From NCBI GenBank assembly GCA_021299635.1, contig JAJTFA010000003.1, positions 78,079 through 142,078 of the forward strand: a DNA stretch of 64,000 nt. The letters are read 5' to 3'. A program made the position numbers and the translations under genes. Shown here piece after piece: positions 30,502 through 41,188 of this stretch (its first letter is position 1; each line of letters starts with the position of its first letter). This DNA is from Sphingobacteriales bacterium. GTDB taxonomy: Bacteria > Bacteroidota > Bacteroidia > UKL13-3. Below the pieces are notes generated by a model, which saw only the letters and a list, made by a program, of their open reading frames with translations, ran no database searches and was not told where the DNA came from.

Positions 30502-31575
30502 TTAGGAGCTGATGCCTTCTTTTAGTTTCTCTGCATTTTCTGCTATTTGCAGTTGGTCTAAGAATTCCTGAATTTCTCCGTTCATTACTTCCGGTAAATT
30601 ATATACGGTGTGCCCAATGCGGTGATCCGTTACACGACCCTGCGGATAATTATAGGTTCTGATTTTTGCAGAACGATCGCCTGTTGATACCATGGTTTTA
30701 CGTTTCTTCGTAACCTCTTCCTGTCTTTTCTGTACTTCCATTTCGTACAGCTTTGATCGCAGCATTTGCATGGCTCTTTCACGATTTCCGTTTTGGGTAC
30801 GCTCTACCTGGCAAACCACCACTATACCTGTTGGCTTATGGGTTAACATAACTTTAGATTCAACCTTATTTACGTTTTGGCCACCTGCGCCACCTGAACG
30901 TGCAGTTTGCATGTCAATATCTGCCGGATTCAATTCAAAGTCCAGATCTTCGGCTTCCGGTAAAACCACTACTGATGCGGCTGACGTATGCACACGTCCT
31001 TGTGTCTCGGTGTCGGGCACACGCTGCACGCGGTGCACACCGCTTTCATATTTTAAAATACCATAGGCTTCTTCACCTGTTACCTCCATCACCACTTCCT
31101 TATAACCACCTGCAGTGCCTTCGGTAAAATCAATCACTGCTGTTTTCCATCCGCGCTTCTCACAGTAGCGGCTATACATGCGGAAAAGGTCGCCTGCAAA
31201 TAAACTCGCTTCATCACCTCCCGTCCCTGCGCGTATTTCCATAATGGCATTCTTGCTGTCTTCCGGATCTTTAGGGATAAGCATTAACCTTATTTCTTCT
31301 TCCATTGGCGCAACCAACGGGTCAAGCTCTTCTAGCTCTCCTTTGGCCATTTCTTTCATCTCCTGATCTTTCTCGGTGTTCAGTAATTCTCTGGCATTGG
31401 CTATGTTCTCCAACAGGTTTTTGTAAACAAGATATTTGTCTACAATTTTCTGCAGGTCTTTGTATTCGCGATTTAGTTGGGTAAAACGCTTCATATCAGC
31501 AAGTGCATCCGGCTGTGTAAGCATTTCACCTACCTGATCGAAACGTTGTTTGATGGCTTCTAATTTATCCAGCAT
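30502..31575 (-). CDS. prfA: Peptide chain release factor 1
   Basis: 357 aa. It has the GGQ motif ([17 protein letters not shown]) and an RF1-type [20 protein letters not shown] region (PxT tripeptide context, not the SPF of RF2). No programmed frameshift is needed, in keeping with RF1. Confidence 0.9.
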   Translation of the reverse strand: MLDKLEAIKQRFDQVGEMLTQPDALADMKRFTQLNREYKDLQKIVDKYLVYKNLLENIANARELLNTEKDQEMKEMAKGELEELDPLVAPMEEEIRLMLIPKDPEDSKNAIMEIRAGTGGDEASLFAGDLFRMYSRYCEKRGWKTAVIDFTEGTAGGYKEVVMEVTGEEAYGILKYESGVHRVQRVPDTETQGRVHTSAASVVVLPEAEDLDFELNPADIDMQTARSGGAGGQNVNKVESKVMLTHKPTGIVVVCQVERTQNGNRERAMQMLRSKLYEMEVQKRQEEVTKKRKTMVSTGDRSAKIRTYNYPQGRVTDHRIGHTVYNLPEVMNGEIQEFLDQLQIAENAEKLKEGISS

Positions 31576-31621
31576 CTGATATCGTGGTTGGGCGTGGCAA
31601 AAATAGGAAAGAAGCGCGAGG

Positions 31622-32449
31622 CTAAAAAGAATAAATGCTTATCCTGTCGGGTAAAAGCAAATATAAACGTCCCTTTTCAATGCTAAGATCCAATACCGGA
31701 GCTGTTTGAGGCAAACCAAAACTACTGGTTAAAAAGGTTTTAAGGTGGTATTTAAAAATGCTATTTTTTTGCTGATAGTATATCTCATCACCAATAACCT
31801 TTACCTGTTCATTGCATTTTATAGGCAAGGTTTTCAAATAATGGGCAAAAACATCAAACAGCATGATACCTATATTGGAATCAACCAGAAATACCCGATT
31901 ATTATCATCAAACACATAGGTTGGCGAGAGTTGCTTTTGCTTTACAAACTGCCTGATATTACCGCTTGTCTGTGCGTTTTCTCCGTTTTTATCCATTCGT
32001 TTCAGTTGCAAATCTGCCAAATCAAATGCCCATATGCCGTTATCAAAAGAGCGTGCTATGGCTGATGCCTGAGTTATTTGATATTGTTCCAGTTTCATCT
32101 CTCCGCGAAAAGCCAGATTGTTATCTAAAAACACCACAAGATTCAGCTCTTTATAAAATACATAAATTTCAAGCGGATTGGTGGCATCAATATGAGAGAT
32201 ATTGCCAATGTATTTATAATTAAGTGTGCTTAGCAGCGCGCCATCAGGGCTGTATTTATACAATTGATTGGTTTTGGTAACCACATACAAGTTACCTAAC
32301 CTGTCGGTATGAATGTCTTTAGCTTCAATATCAATATGCTTAATGAGCCTGTAGGTTGGAGTTGCCGCACTATCAACGGTTGATTGCTGGGCGCTGATAT
32401 TATCAAGGCAAGAAAACAAAAACAATAGACTTAGCAGCAGATATTTCAT
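31622..32449 (-). CDS. Secreted hypothetical protein
   Basis: 275 aa with a signal peptide ([21 protein letters not shown]). There are no recognisable catalytic motifs. Its start overlaps the stop of the upstream LpxH-like gene by 4 nt (ATGA), which suggests co-transcription. Confidence 0.6.
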   Translation of the reverse strand: MKYLLLSLLFLFSCLDNISAQQSTVDSAATPTYRLIKHIDIEAKDIHTDRLGNLYVVTKTNQLYKYSPDGALLSTLNYKYIGNISHIDATNPLEIYVFYKELNLVVFLDNNLAFRGEMKLEQYQITQASAIARSFDNGIWAFDLADLQLKRMDKNGENAQTSGNIRQFVKQKQLSPTYVFDDNNRVFLVDSNIGIMLFDVFAHYLKTLPIKCNEQVKVIGDEIYYQQKNSIFKYHLKTFLTSSFGLPQTAPVLDLSIEKGRLYLLLPDRISIYSF

Positions 32450-33192
32450 AGATGAAAAGTTTGCAGGCTAAGTGTTTCGCCATTAAATACAGCATAGGTG
32501 TTAAATCCTATCCAGTCTCCAAGGTTTACATATCGGCTTTGTTCCGTTAGTTTATATTCCATGGGCAGGTGTCTGTGTCCAAAAACAAAATAGTCGAATG
32601 ATTCTTCTTGCAAGATGCTACGACAATATCTGATTAGAAACTCCTTCTCTTCATAAAAAGTAAAATTGCCATCAAACGTTTTTAGTTTGCTTTGATGAGA
32701 AAGCCAATTGGCAACTCCTATACCTATGTTGGGATGCAACATTGAAAAAATTTTCTGAAAAAAACGGTTTCTGTATATCCAGAGTATGGTTTTAAATCTG
32801 CGTTGCTCCGGTCCTAAACCATCGCCATGTCCGATATAAAATTTTTTGCCATTAATGGTTCTTATTATTGATTTTTCATGCACCTGCACACCCAGTTCTT
32901 TTTCAAAATAGCCGAATTGCCACAGATCATGATTACCATGAAAAAAATGAACGGGGATGCCTGCATCGGTAAACTCAGCAAACTTTGCCTGCAGCCTAAC
33001 AAATCCTTTTGGCACCACTGTTTTGTATTCAAACCAAAAGTCAAAAATATCGCCAACAATAAATAACTCTGCACAATCAGGCTTAATTTCATTAAGCCAT
33101 TTGATAATGCGTTGTTCTCTTTCGCTGCTGCTTTTTGCATCAGGGATACCTAAATGAAAATCTGAGGCGAAATATGTTTTTTTTAAAGTCAA
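32446..33192 (-). CDS. lpxH: UDP-2,3-diacylglucosamine diphosphatase (LpxH-like calcineurin-type metallophosphoesterase)
   Basis: 248 aa with the metallophosphoesterase motifs SDFHLG, GDIFDFW, GNHD and GHRH, in an LpxH-like arrangement and size. Confidence 0.65.
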   Translation of the reverse strand: MTLKKTYFASDFHLGIPDAKSSSEREQRIIKWLNEIKPDCAELFIVGDIFDFWFEYKTVVPKGFVRLQAKFAEFTDAGIPVHFFHGNHDLWQFGYFEKELGVQVHEKSIIRTINGKKFYIGHGDGLGPEQRRFKTILWIYRNRFFQKIFSMLHPNIGIGVANWLSHQSKLKTFDGNFTFYEEKEFLIRYCRSILQEESFDYFVFGHRHLPMEYKLTEQSRYVNLGDWIGFNTYAVFNGETLSLQTFHL

Positions 33193-33209
33193 TATTATTT
33201 CTTACCCTG

Positions 33210-33863
33210 TTATTGTTTTACATCCTGAATTAAGAATACATATAACTCTTTTGGTCCGTGCGCACCTGTTACAATTTTTCTTTCAATATCACTGGTTCTT
33301 GAAGGTCCGGTGATGTATGATATCATGGAAGGCATATTTCTGCCGTATTTGTTTTTAAGCTGCTGTAAGCTATCTTTAATTTCCATAACCACCTGAGATG
33401 AGTAAGCGATAACAATATGCACTGAAGGATAGATGGTAAGCACGCGCGTATTTCTAACCGAGCTTACCAGGATGCTGCCGGTGCGCGCCACGAGGCTTTC
33501 GCAGGTGGTAATACCAACCATTGCTTTAGCCAGTTGTTCTTTTTGGTGAAGGTAAGCAATGCCGCTATCGGTAAGCATTTCCTGCAGTTGGTTCTCTGCA
33601 CAAAAAATGTTTTTCAATTTTTTACGCTCAATTAAAGTCAGCAGTTTATCTAAGCAATCAAATTTATTATCGCATACTACAAACTGGCCTTGTGTTTCTG
33701 TGAAATTTTTTGCAAAAGTTTCAAGTATCGACTCTCCCGCAGGGGGCTGCTCATATACATTCGACTCCAAATCAATATTGGCATATTTGCTTTTTGATTT
33801 GAAAATAAGCGCTGCCCTAACTTTTTTGAGTATTTTTTCTTTTGAAGTAGTTTGTTCCACCAA
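33210..33863 (-). CDS. LUD-domain protein (LutC/YkgG family)
   Basis: 217 aa. Its LUD-domain length and pattern (..ILVSSVRNTRVLTIYPSVHIVIA..) resemble lactate-utilisation protein C-like proteins. No lutA/lutB-like partners are in the window. Confidence 0.5.
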   Translation of the reverse strand: MVEQTTSKEKILKKVRAALIFKSKSKYANIDLESNVYEQPPAGESILETFAKNFTETQGQFVVCDNKFDCLDKLLTLIERKKLKNIFCAENQLQEMLTDSGIAYLHQKEQLAKAMVGITTCESLVARTGSILVSSVRNTRVLTIYPSVHIVIAYSSQVVMEIKDSLQQLKNKYGRNMPSMISYITGPSRTSDIERKIVTGAHGPKELYVFLIQDVKQ

Positions 33864-33926
33864 TCTGCAAGGTATAAAAAACTTCGGCTTTTAAAAAGCG
33901 AAGGGAAGCCCCATAAAAATCAAAAC

Positions 33927-33958
33927 ATAAAAAAAGCCGACTGTTAAGGTCGGCTTAA
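33927..33958 (-). terminator. Rho-independent terminator after ftsH on the minus strand
   Basis: The minus-strand read aagccgac cttaacag tcggctt is followed by T7 (the plus-strand a-run at 33928-33934). Confidence 0.65.
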
Positions 33959-33963
33959 GTAGG

Positions 33964-36081
33964 TTATGAAAACAAGGTTGGATTTGTGTGATTTTTAGGT
34001 TCTTCTTTTGGCGGTTCAGGTTTATTTGCCGCTGCTTCTTTTTCCTGCTCAAGTATTGTCGTTTCTTCCTCAGCAGGAGTAATAACATTTTCTGCAACAA
34101 CAGGGGCTGGGGCTTCTTCCGTCTTAGCTTCAAAAGGGCGTTTGCCTAATATTTCTTCCAGGTCATGCTGAAACAAAATTTCCCGCTTTAATAAAATCTG
34201 AGACAGATTTTCCAGATGATCCTTTTTCTCCAGTAATAATTTTTTGGTGCGGTTATAACAGGTATCTATCAGGTTGCGCACTTCAATATCAATCATCTCA
34301 GCTGTTTTATCGGAGTAAGGCTTGGTAAAGCCATATTCATTTTGTGGATCATGGAATGAAATATTGCCTACTTTAGGATTCATACCATATATGGTTACCA
34401 TGGCATAGGCCATTTTGGTAATGCGCTCCAGATCGTTTTGTGCACCGGTTGAAATACGTCCGAAAGTAATATCTTCTGCTACGCGTCCGCCAAGTGTCAT
34501 GCACATCATGTTTTCCATTTGCTCTGTGGTATACAGGTATTGATCTTTAGGTAAATACTGCGCATAACCCAAAGCTGCTACTCCGCGAGGCACGATAGAA
34601 ACTTTTACCAGCGGGTCAACACCCTCCAAGAACCAGCCAACAATGGCATGGCCGCTTTCATGGTAAGCAATGATTTCTTTCTCTTCAGGAGAGATGATTT
34701 TATTTTTCTTTTCAAGCCCACCAATCACCCGATCGATGGCATCCTGAAAATCCTGCATTTCAATCTTATCTTTTGATTTGCGTGCGGCAATCAGTGCTGC
34801 TTCATTGCACACATTAGCAATTTCGGCACCAGCAAAGCCGGCCGTTTGTGTTGCCAGACGCGCAGGGTTAACATCTGTGTTAAGTTTAAGCGGCTTTAAA
34901 TGAACATTAAAAATTTCTTCACGGCCTTTCAAATCCGGCTTATCAATGGAAATCTGCCTGTCGAATCTTCCGGGTCGAAGTAATGCAGGATCTAAAATAT
35001 CAGGTCTGTTGGTTGCAGCTAAAATGATTACACCCAAATCGGTGGCAAAACCATCCATTTCTGTGAGGAGTTGATTCAGGGTATTTTCTCTTTCATCGTT
35101 TCCGCCTTGCATAAGTGAACGTCCGCGTGCACGGCCAACGGCATCAATTTCATCTATAAAAATAATACAGGGCGCTTTTTCCTTTGCCTGACGGAATAAA
35201 TCTCTAACTCTTGATGCGCCAACACCTACAAACATCTCCACAAAATCGGAACCAGAAAGCGAGAAGAAAGGGACACCGGCTTCTCCAGCAACAGCTTTGG
35301 CAAGCAATGTTTTCCCTGTGCCCGGAGGGCCTACCAGCAATGCCCCTTTGGGTATTTTGCCACCCAAGTTGGTATACTTTTTCGGATGTTTTAAAAAATC
35401 AACAATCTCCATAACTTCAACCTTGGCTTCATCCAAGCCGGCAACATCTTTAAAGGTAACTTTAACCGATGCTTCCTTATCAAATAACTGCGCCTTTGAT
35501 TTACCAATATTAAATATCTGTCCTCCGCCACCCGGTCCTCCGCCCATTCTGCGAAATATAAATAACCACAATCCGATTAGCAATGCAAAAGGCAATAGCC
35601 AGCCAATGATATCGCCAAAATAATTATGTTGGGTTATGTACTCAACAGGTATTTGTAAGGTTTGGCCAGGATTGGCTTTTTCATAGGCCACACGTGCATT
35701 GTTTAAGTCAGTAGTAAATTGGTTAACATCACCGATTTCAAAGTAGTAATGCGGACCAACTTCATCGCCAAAAAAACCACGCTTCTTCAGGTCTTTGTAT
35801 TTTTCGTTTTTCAGTGATTCTTTTTTCAGGTAGACCTCGGCACGTTCCTTATTCACCACCATTATTTTTTCTACATCATTGCTCATAATCATCTCCGTCT
35901 CTACCTTAAACCAGGTAGTCTTTATTGCCACATCCTGCGGCAAAAATTGCAGACCAATGAATATGGCGAATATGATACCATATATCCAATAGAAATTAAA
36001 TTTTGGAACCTGAGGCATTTTTGGTTTTTGATTCCTTTTATCGTTTGCAGGAGCAGGGCCCCTTTCTTTGTTATCTGACAT
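33964..36081 (-). CDS. ftsH: ATP-dependent zinc metalloprotease FtsH
   Basis: 705 aa with an N-terminal transmembrane segment. It has a Walker A (GPPGTGKT), an AAA second region of homology, a zinc-binding HESGHA motif, and a low-complexity acidic/Pro C-terminal tail. Confidence 0.95.
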   Translation of the reverse strand: MSDNKERGPAPANDKRNQKPKMPQVPKFNFYWIYGIIFAIFIGLQFLPQDVAIKTTWFKVETEMIMSNDVEKIMVVNKERAEVYLKKESLKNEKYKDLKKRGFFGDEVGPHYYFEIGDVNQFTTDLNNARVAYEKANPGQTLQIPVEYITQHNYFGDIIGWLLPFALLIGLWLFIFRRMGGGPGGGGQIFNIGKSKAQLFDKEASVKVTFKDVAGLDEAKVEVMEIVDFLKHPKKYTNLGGKIPKGALLVGPPGTGKTLLAKAVAGEAGVPFFSLSGSDFVEMFVGVGASRVRDLFRQAKEKAPCIIFIDEIDAVGRARGRSLMQGGNDERENTLNQLLTEMDGFATDLGVIILAATNRPDILDPALLRPGRFDRQISIDKPDLKGREEIFNVHLKPLKLNTDVNPARLATQTAGFAGAEIANVCNEAALIAARKSKDKIEMQDFQDAIDRVIGGLEKKNKIISPEEKEIIAYHESGHAIVGWFLEGVDPLVKVSIVPRGVAALGYAQYLPKDQYLYTTEQMENMMCMTLGGRVAEDITFGRISTGAQNDLERITKMAYAMVTIYGMNPKVGNISFHDPQNEYGFTKPYSDKTAEMIDIEVRNLIDTCYNRTKKLLLEKKDHLENLSQILLKREILFQHDLEEILGKRPFEAKTEEAPAPVVAENVITPAEEETTILEQEKEAAANKPEPPKEEPKNHTNPTLFS

Positions 36082-36151
36082 GTAATTGAGTTAAGGTATA
36101 AATTATAATAAGCAAGAATAGCAACAAATTGTTTGATTGGCAAACACGGAG

Positions 36152-36654
36152 CTACGACACTTTTTTAGAGGCAGGCAGCGATGGATAAAACCAGGCTTTG
36201 TAAATAGGAATTTCAAAATCCGTTTTTAGCTGGCCCATGGTGTTAATTTGTTTGTTAAAAGTGGTAGAAGAAGAAGAGAGTTGTCCGGAATCAAGCATAT
36301 TTACCAATGTCTGTTTTTGGGTAATAATTAATCCCTCTGCAGTCATCACCTCAATTTGCAGGCGGTTAAATAGCAATATGCCTAAGGCATTTTCCAGTTT
36401 TTTAAAAAAGGCAACAGATTTATCAATACCGCAGCCACTGGCCGCATTTACCGATTCATTTAAAGCAAGCACGGGAAAAATGTCATAAATAATATCAAAT
36501 GCAGCATCCATTTTATGTTCATGAGAGGTCCATCCATTTATAAATTGCCTGGCCTCTTCATGCATTTGCTCCTGCTCGGCAGCTGTTAAAGTCCTGTTGG
36601 CGGCATAAAGCCACACACGTGCTTCGTCAGGTAAATGATTAAGTCTGTTCATCC
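36152..36654 (-). CDS. Hypothetical protein of about 167 aa, with the start taken at the internal ATG
   Basis: The track ORF is 219 aa and overlaps the 3' end of the MscS gene. A start at M54 (MNRLNHLPDEARVWLYAANRTLTAAEQEQ...) removes the overlap. I recognise no family. Confidence 0.45.
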
Positions 36655-36765
36655 GGGTTAAATCAATAGTCGCAAAGTTACCAAAAATCAAGCCATTGAC
36701 ATATTGGCATAAATAACATTTGGGAAGAGGTTGAAAAAAGAAAGCACAAAGGTCTTTACTGCACC

Positions 36766-37854
36766 TTATTGTTGCAGGTGAATGGTTTGTGTAGGGAAAG
36801 CAAATGCACACCCATGCTTCTCAATAATTTTCATGATGCTTAAATTAATTTGCTCTTTCACATCAACCATTACTTCAAATTCATTGCTCTTCACAAAATA
36901 AATAACCAAAATATTCAGAGAGCTGCTGTCGAAATCAACAAAACGCACCACAAACTCATCTCCGGTTTTAGGGTGTGAATCAATAATGGATTTTATTTCA
37001 TCAATAATACCGGTTATCTGCTCAGGTTTGCTATTATAAGTTAATGCGATATTGAAGCGAACCCTTCTCATGTCACTTAAGGTTATATTGTTTAATGCCG
37101 TGTCAATTAATTTTTTATTGGGCACGGTTATCAGGCTTTTTTCCAGTGTGCGTATGCGTGTGGTTCTGAAACCCACATGCTCAATGCGGCCTGTAATGCC
37201 ATCTGCTTCTATTAAATCACCTGCCTTAAAAGGCTTATCCAGATAAATTACAAAAGATCCAAGCAGGTTTGCCAGCGTATCCTGCGCTGCCAGAGCCACT
37301 GCCAATCCGCCTATGCCCAAAGAGGCAACAAGAGCAGTAATATTTACATCAAATACAAACCTAAGGCCTGCAAATACACACATTACAACAAGCACTACTT
37401 TAATGAGTTCCTTAAGAAAATTGGATAACTCAAAGGATACAGGCGACTCTTCTCTGTTTTGCAACACGTAGGCAAAAAAGTCGGTTGCCTTTAGCAGTAT
37501 TTTGGTAATAACCACAAACAAGGCAATTCCATAGAGGGCATCAATAAACCAGCGCAGCCCATATTGGGTATCGGGTACTAAATTCCAGTTTTCAGGAAAA
37601 TTGAGACGTTCAAAAGCAAAATATAGAATCAGCAATAAAAGCAATTGCTCAATTGGTTTTCGGAGCAATTCAACAAATACTTCCGAAAACTGATTTTTTG
37701 AAAATTGCTTAAATATTCGAAAAGATTGACGACTTAAAAACGTGGCGCCAAATCTTTTTAATAAAATACCCAGTAGCAGGATGCCCGCGCACCAAGCATA
37801 ATCTCTGAGGGTATTTCCAAAAAAACCTGTATTTAACCATGCGACTTGTTCCAT
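36766..37854 (-). CDS. Mechanosensitive ion channel, MscS family
   Basis: 362 aa. It has transmembrane helices followed by the MscS pore/beta domain (..LGIGGLAVALAAQDTLANLLGSFVIYLDKPFKAGDLIEADGITGRIEHVGFRTTRIRT..). Confidence 0.85.
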   Translation of the reverse strand: MEQVAWLNTGFFGNTLRDYAWCAGILLLGILLKRFGATFLSRQSFRIFKQFSKNQFSEVFVELLRKPIEQLLLLLILYFAFERLNFPENWNLVPDTQYGLRWFIDALYGIALFVVITKILLKATDFFAYVLQNREESPVSFELSNFLKELIKVVLVVMCVFAGLRFVFDVNITALVASLGIGGLAVALAAQDTLANLLGSFVIYLDKPFKAGDLIEADGITGRIEHVGFRTTRIRTLEKSLITVPNKKLIDTALNNITLSDMRRVRFNIALTYNSKPEQITGIIDEIKSIIDSHPKTGDEFVVRFVDFDSSSLNILVIYFVKSNEFEVMVDVKEQINLSIMKIIEKHGCAFAFPTQTIHLQQ

Positions 37855-37981
37855 AGCACAAATGTAATGATATGATTAATTAGTAGGAGCAAGTGCATTG
37901 ATAAGTATTGTTTTTCAAGCCGTTTGGACATAAGATAACAATATTTGCTTTTAGCCTATTATCATTGCAATGTAATTTAGC

Positions 37982-39229
37982 ATGCTTTCACCACATCAGA
38001 TCGTAATTATTGGAGCAGGGCCTGCCGGTTGTGCCACCTCTTTATTTTTGGCCAAGCAGGGCATACCGCACACTATTATTGAAAAGCAAACCTTTCCGCG
38101 CGATAAGATTTGCGGTGATGCCCTAAGTGGCAAAACCGTGTATGTGCTCAATGAACTAAATCCGCAAATTGTGCATCAGTTTGCAGCACAAACCGATAAG
38201 TTCATTGATAGCTGGGGGGTAAAGTTTGTGGCACCAAACGGGAAGCACATTGATATTCCGTTTAAATCAGACATGAGCAATCAAGCTCATCCACCGGGTT
38301 TTATTGCCAAAAGGGTGCATTTTGACCATGAGTTGTTTAAGCTTATCGATACACGATATGCACATGTGCTGCAAGGTGCTGAAGTAACTGAAATTAAGCA
38401 AAACCAGGGCATTTCAGAAATCACGTATTCCCAAAATGGCAAAGCAGAAATCATTAGCGGTATACAGCTATTGATTGGTGCCGAAGGTGATCGCTCTATT
38501 GTTGCCAAGAAACTGGCAGGTTTATCAAAGGAGAATAATCACTATTGTGCGGGTATCAGGGCATATTACAAAGGGGTAGAGGGCATGCATCTGCAAAATT
38601 TTATTGAATTACACTTTTTAGAAGAATTGTTACCGGGATATTTCTGGATTTTTCCTCTACCAAATGGAGAAGCCAATGTGGGTGCAGGCATGCTTAGTGC
38701 CACCGTGAGCAAAAAAAAGGTGAACCTTAAAGCCGATATGCTAAGAGCCATTGCCAACAATCCTAAAATTAAAGACAGATTTAAGAATGCCACCTTGCAG
38801 GGCAAAATACAAGGCTGGGGTTTGCCGCTGGGCTCAAAAAAAAGACGGCTTTCCGGAAACGGATATCTTTTGGTAGGAGATGCGGGCTCTTTAATTGACC
38901 CATTTACCGGTGAAGGTATAGGCAATGCCCTATACAGTGGCATGATGGCAGCCTCAGTTATAGAGGAGGCAATTAAAGCCAATAAATTTGATGAAGCATT
39001 CTTAAAACGTTATGATTTAGCTTTTTACAATAGGCAATGGGATGAGCTGAAATTAAGCCATACCATGCAAAAACTATGTAAATATCCCTGGCTGTTTAAC
39101 TTTGTGGTTAATAAAGCCAACAAAAATAAAGCGCTTAGAGAAACAATCAGTTGCATGTTTGAAGACCTTGATTTAAGGGCCAAGTTGCGTAATCCGCTTT
39201 TCTACGCCAAACTGCTGTTAAACGATTGA
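37982..39229 (+). CDS. FAD-dependent oxidoreductase of the geranylgeranyl reductase family
   Basis: 415 aa. The N-terminus IVIIGAGPAGCATSLFLAKQG is a GxGxxG dinucleotide-binding fold, and GDAGSLIDPFTGEGIGNAL is the typical second FAD motif of geranylgeranyl reductase-like enzymes. Confidence 0.8.
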   Translation: MLSPHQIVIIGAGPAGCATSLFLAKQGIPHTIIEKQTFPRDKICGDALSGKTVYVLNELNPQIVHQFAAQTDKFIDSWGVKFVAPNGKHIDIPFKSDMSNQAHPPGFIAKRVHFDHELFKLIDTRYAHVLQGAEVTEIKQNQGISEITYSQNGKAEIISGIQLLIGAEGDRSIVAKKLAGLSKENNHYCAGIRAYYKGVEGMHLQNFIELHFLEELLPGYFWIFPLPNGEANVGAGMLSATVSKKKVNLKADMLRAIANNPKIKDRFKNATLQGKIQGWGLPLGSKKRRLSGNGYLLVGDAGSLIDPFTGEGIGNALYSGMMAASVIEEAIKANKFDEAFLKRYDLAFYNRQWDELKLSHTMQKLCKYPWLFNFVVNKANKNKALRETISCMFEDLDLRAKLRNPLFYAKLLLND

Positions 39230-39300
39230 GGCAATTCTGAAATTATTGCTACTTTTGCACCGACTTTTTTTAGTCGCTTAACTTAAAATTCTAGCTCATT

Positions 39301-40524
39301 TTGAAAAGAAAGGTAGTTGTAGCAGGAGGAGGTGCAGCAGGTTTTTTTGCTGCCATAACCTGTGCGCAGGCAAATAAAGATGCAGAGGTTATAATTCTGG
39401 AAAAAACCAATAAGCTGCTAAGCAAAGTGGCTGTTTCCGGTGGTGGGCGTTGCAATGTTACGCATGCCTGTTTTGATCTGAAACAGTTGTCGCTCTCATA
39501 CCCAAGAGGGGAGAAGCAACTCAAAAGTGCATTCAGCAGGTTTATGACCACCGATACCGTTAAATGGTTTGAAGAAAGAGGTGTGAAATTAAAAACGGAG
39601 GAAGATGGCCGCATGTTCCCAACCACCGATAACTCTGAAACCATAATAAAATGCTTGCTAAAAGAAGCTAAAAAGTTAAAAATAGAAATTAAGGAGCAAA
39701 CAGAGGTTAAGCAAATAACTCCGCGTTTTCAAGGTGGTTTTGAATTAAAATTGGGCAGTGGCGAAAAAATGGAGTGCGATAAACTAATTGTTGCGTGCGG
39801 TGGCAGCCCTAAAATTGAGGGGCTAAATTGGATTAAAGAACTGGGCCATGAAATTATTGAGCCAGTGCCTTCTCTATTCACCTTTAATATTCAGGATGAA
39901 GAATTGGCAAACCTACAGGGTATTTCTGTTAATCCTGCCAAAGCAAAAATTCTGGATACCAAAATGGAATTTAGCGGTCCGGTACTTATTACACATTGGG
40001 GGCTTAGCGGACCTGCCATATTAAAATTATCATCTTACGGAGCACGCATCCTTGCAGAAAAAGATTACGATTTTCAGGTACAGATAAATTGGATGAATGA
40101 AAAGAAAGAAGAAGTAGCACGCCTGGAACTTATGAATTTAAAAGCAGCCAATCCTTCCAAGCAAATCAATGTGTTATTCCCTTTTATACTACCCAAACGT
40201 TTACTGCATTATCTGTTTGAAAAAACCGGCATTAACGATAAAATGAAGTGGGGCGAAATTTCTAAAGAAGATGTAAACCGCTTTGTAAATAACTTGCTTT
40301 ATGATACCTACCACGTAAAAGGCAAAACTCCTTTTAAGGAAGAGTTTGTTACCTGCGGTGGTATTGGGTTAGATGATATTGATTTTAAAACCATGCAAAG
40401 TAAGCGTTGTAAAGACATACATTTTGCAGGCGAAATTCTGGACATTGATGGCATAACCGGAGGTTTTAATTTTCAGGCCGCATGGACCACCGGTTACCTG
40501 GCAGGCCTAGGCGCGGCTAAGTAG
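39301..40524 (+). CDS. NAD(P)/FAD-dependent flavoprotein of the HI0933/BaiN (aminoacetone oxidase-like) family
   Basis: 407 aa. It has VVVAGGGAAGFFAAITCA (GxGxxG), VSGGGRCNVTH (the HI0933 signature) and a C-terminal FAGEILDIDGITGGFNFQAAWTTG. Confidence 0.8.
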   Translation: MKRKVVVAGGGAAGFFAAITCAQANKDAEVIILEKTNKLLSKVAVSGGGRCNVTHACFDLKQLSLSYPRGEKQLKSAFSRFMTTDTVKWFEERGVKLKTEEDGRMFPTTDNSETIIKCLLKEAKKLKIEIKEQTEVKQITPRFQGGFELKLGSGEKMECDKLIVACGGSPKIEGLNWIKELGHEIIEPVPSLFTFNIQDEELANLQGISVNPAKAKILDTKMEFSGPVLITHWGLSGPAILKLSSYGARILAEKDYDFQVQINWMNEKKEEVARLELMNLKAANPSKQINVLFPFILPKRLLHYLFEKTGINDKMKWGEISKEDVNRFVNNLLYDTYHVKGKTPFKEEFVTCGGIGLDDIDFKTMQSKRCKDIHFAGEILDIDGITGGFNFQAAWTTGYLAGLGAAK

Positions 40525-40543
40525 TTCATCAGCATTTATACAG

Positions 40544-41044
40544 CTATTTTATAGCAGCATTCTGATGTGCTGATTTCAGGTATTGCAGGTATGCTTGCAT
40601 CTCCTCAGCTCTCTTTGTTCCAATCATTACGGTTTGCCCATTTTTTAGCGTAAGCTCTAATCCTATATTACCGGAAATACTGTAGGCTCGTTTTTTCGTA
40701 AATAACCCCAGCCTATAACCCCAGCCTCCGTATTCTGTAATTGGGCTATACTTTTTTATCTCCGCTCGGCTGATGTTATCCCATAAAAATTTTTTCTGTT
40801 TAGACATAAGCAGGCTAAACTTTACAGAAATACCGTTTTCATCAATTTGTGTATGCAGGTTTAATACCTTTATCAAAACAACCAAAATGAGCGTAATAAC
40901 TAACCCGATAAGCCAAAATAGTAATTGCTCTTCAATGCCACCATTATTAAGATAAGTGGTAAAAATCCATGCCGCAGCAATGGGTATATATAGCAGTTTC
41001 CAGCTGCTGTTTCTTGCTTCCTGTTTTTCGTTAAAAGGCTCCAT
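40544..41044 (-). CDS. Hypothetical membrane protein, possibly with a bacterial PH-like domain
   Basis: 166 aa with two N-terminal hydrophobic helices and then a soluble domain. No motif was recognised. Confidence 0.45.
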   Translation of the reverse strand: MEPFNEKQEARNSSWKLLYIPIAAAWIFTTYLNNGGIEEQLLFWLIGLVITLILVVLIKVLNLHTQIDENGISVKFSLLMSKQKKFLWDNISRAEIKKYSPITEYGGWGYRLGLFTKKRAYSISGNIGLELTLKNGQTVMIGTKRAEEMQAYLQYLKSAHQNAAIK

Positions 41045-41188
41045 GAAAAGAGATTCAATAATTTATTTTGCCTATGCAAAGATGCTAAAAAAGCAGTTAG
41101 CCGGAGTGGCAATATGTTACAGTCAATTAGATAAGCCACAATTCTCGTTTTCGCTTTCGTTCATTTTACTGTAATTTGCAATGCTTTT

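Noticed and set aside
30502-31575. Possible RF2 (prfB) with a programmed +1 frameshift
   Set aside because: The protein is RF1-like (VQRVP-x-T context, full length in one frame, no SPF motif and no internal in-frame stop near codon 25), so no frameshift site is expected.
33891-34133. 80-aa K/R/L-rich ORF at the ftsH 3' end
   Set aside because: It overlaps the ftsH C-terminal tail in another frame. Its low-complexity basic translation reflects the GA-rich acidic tail coding of ftsH.
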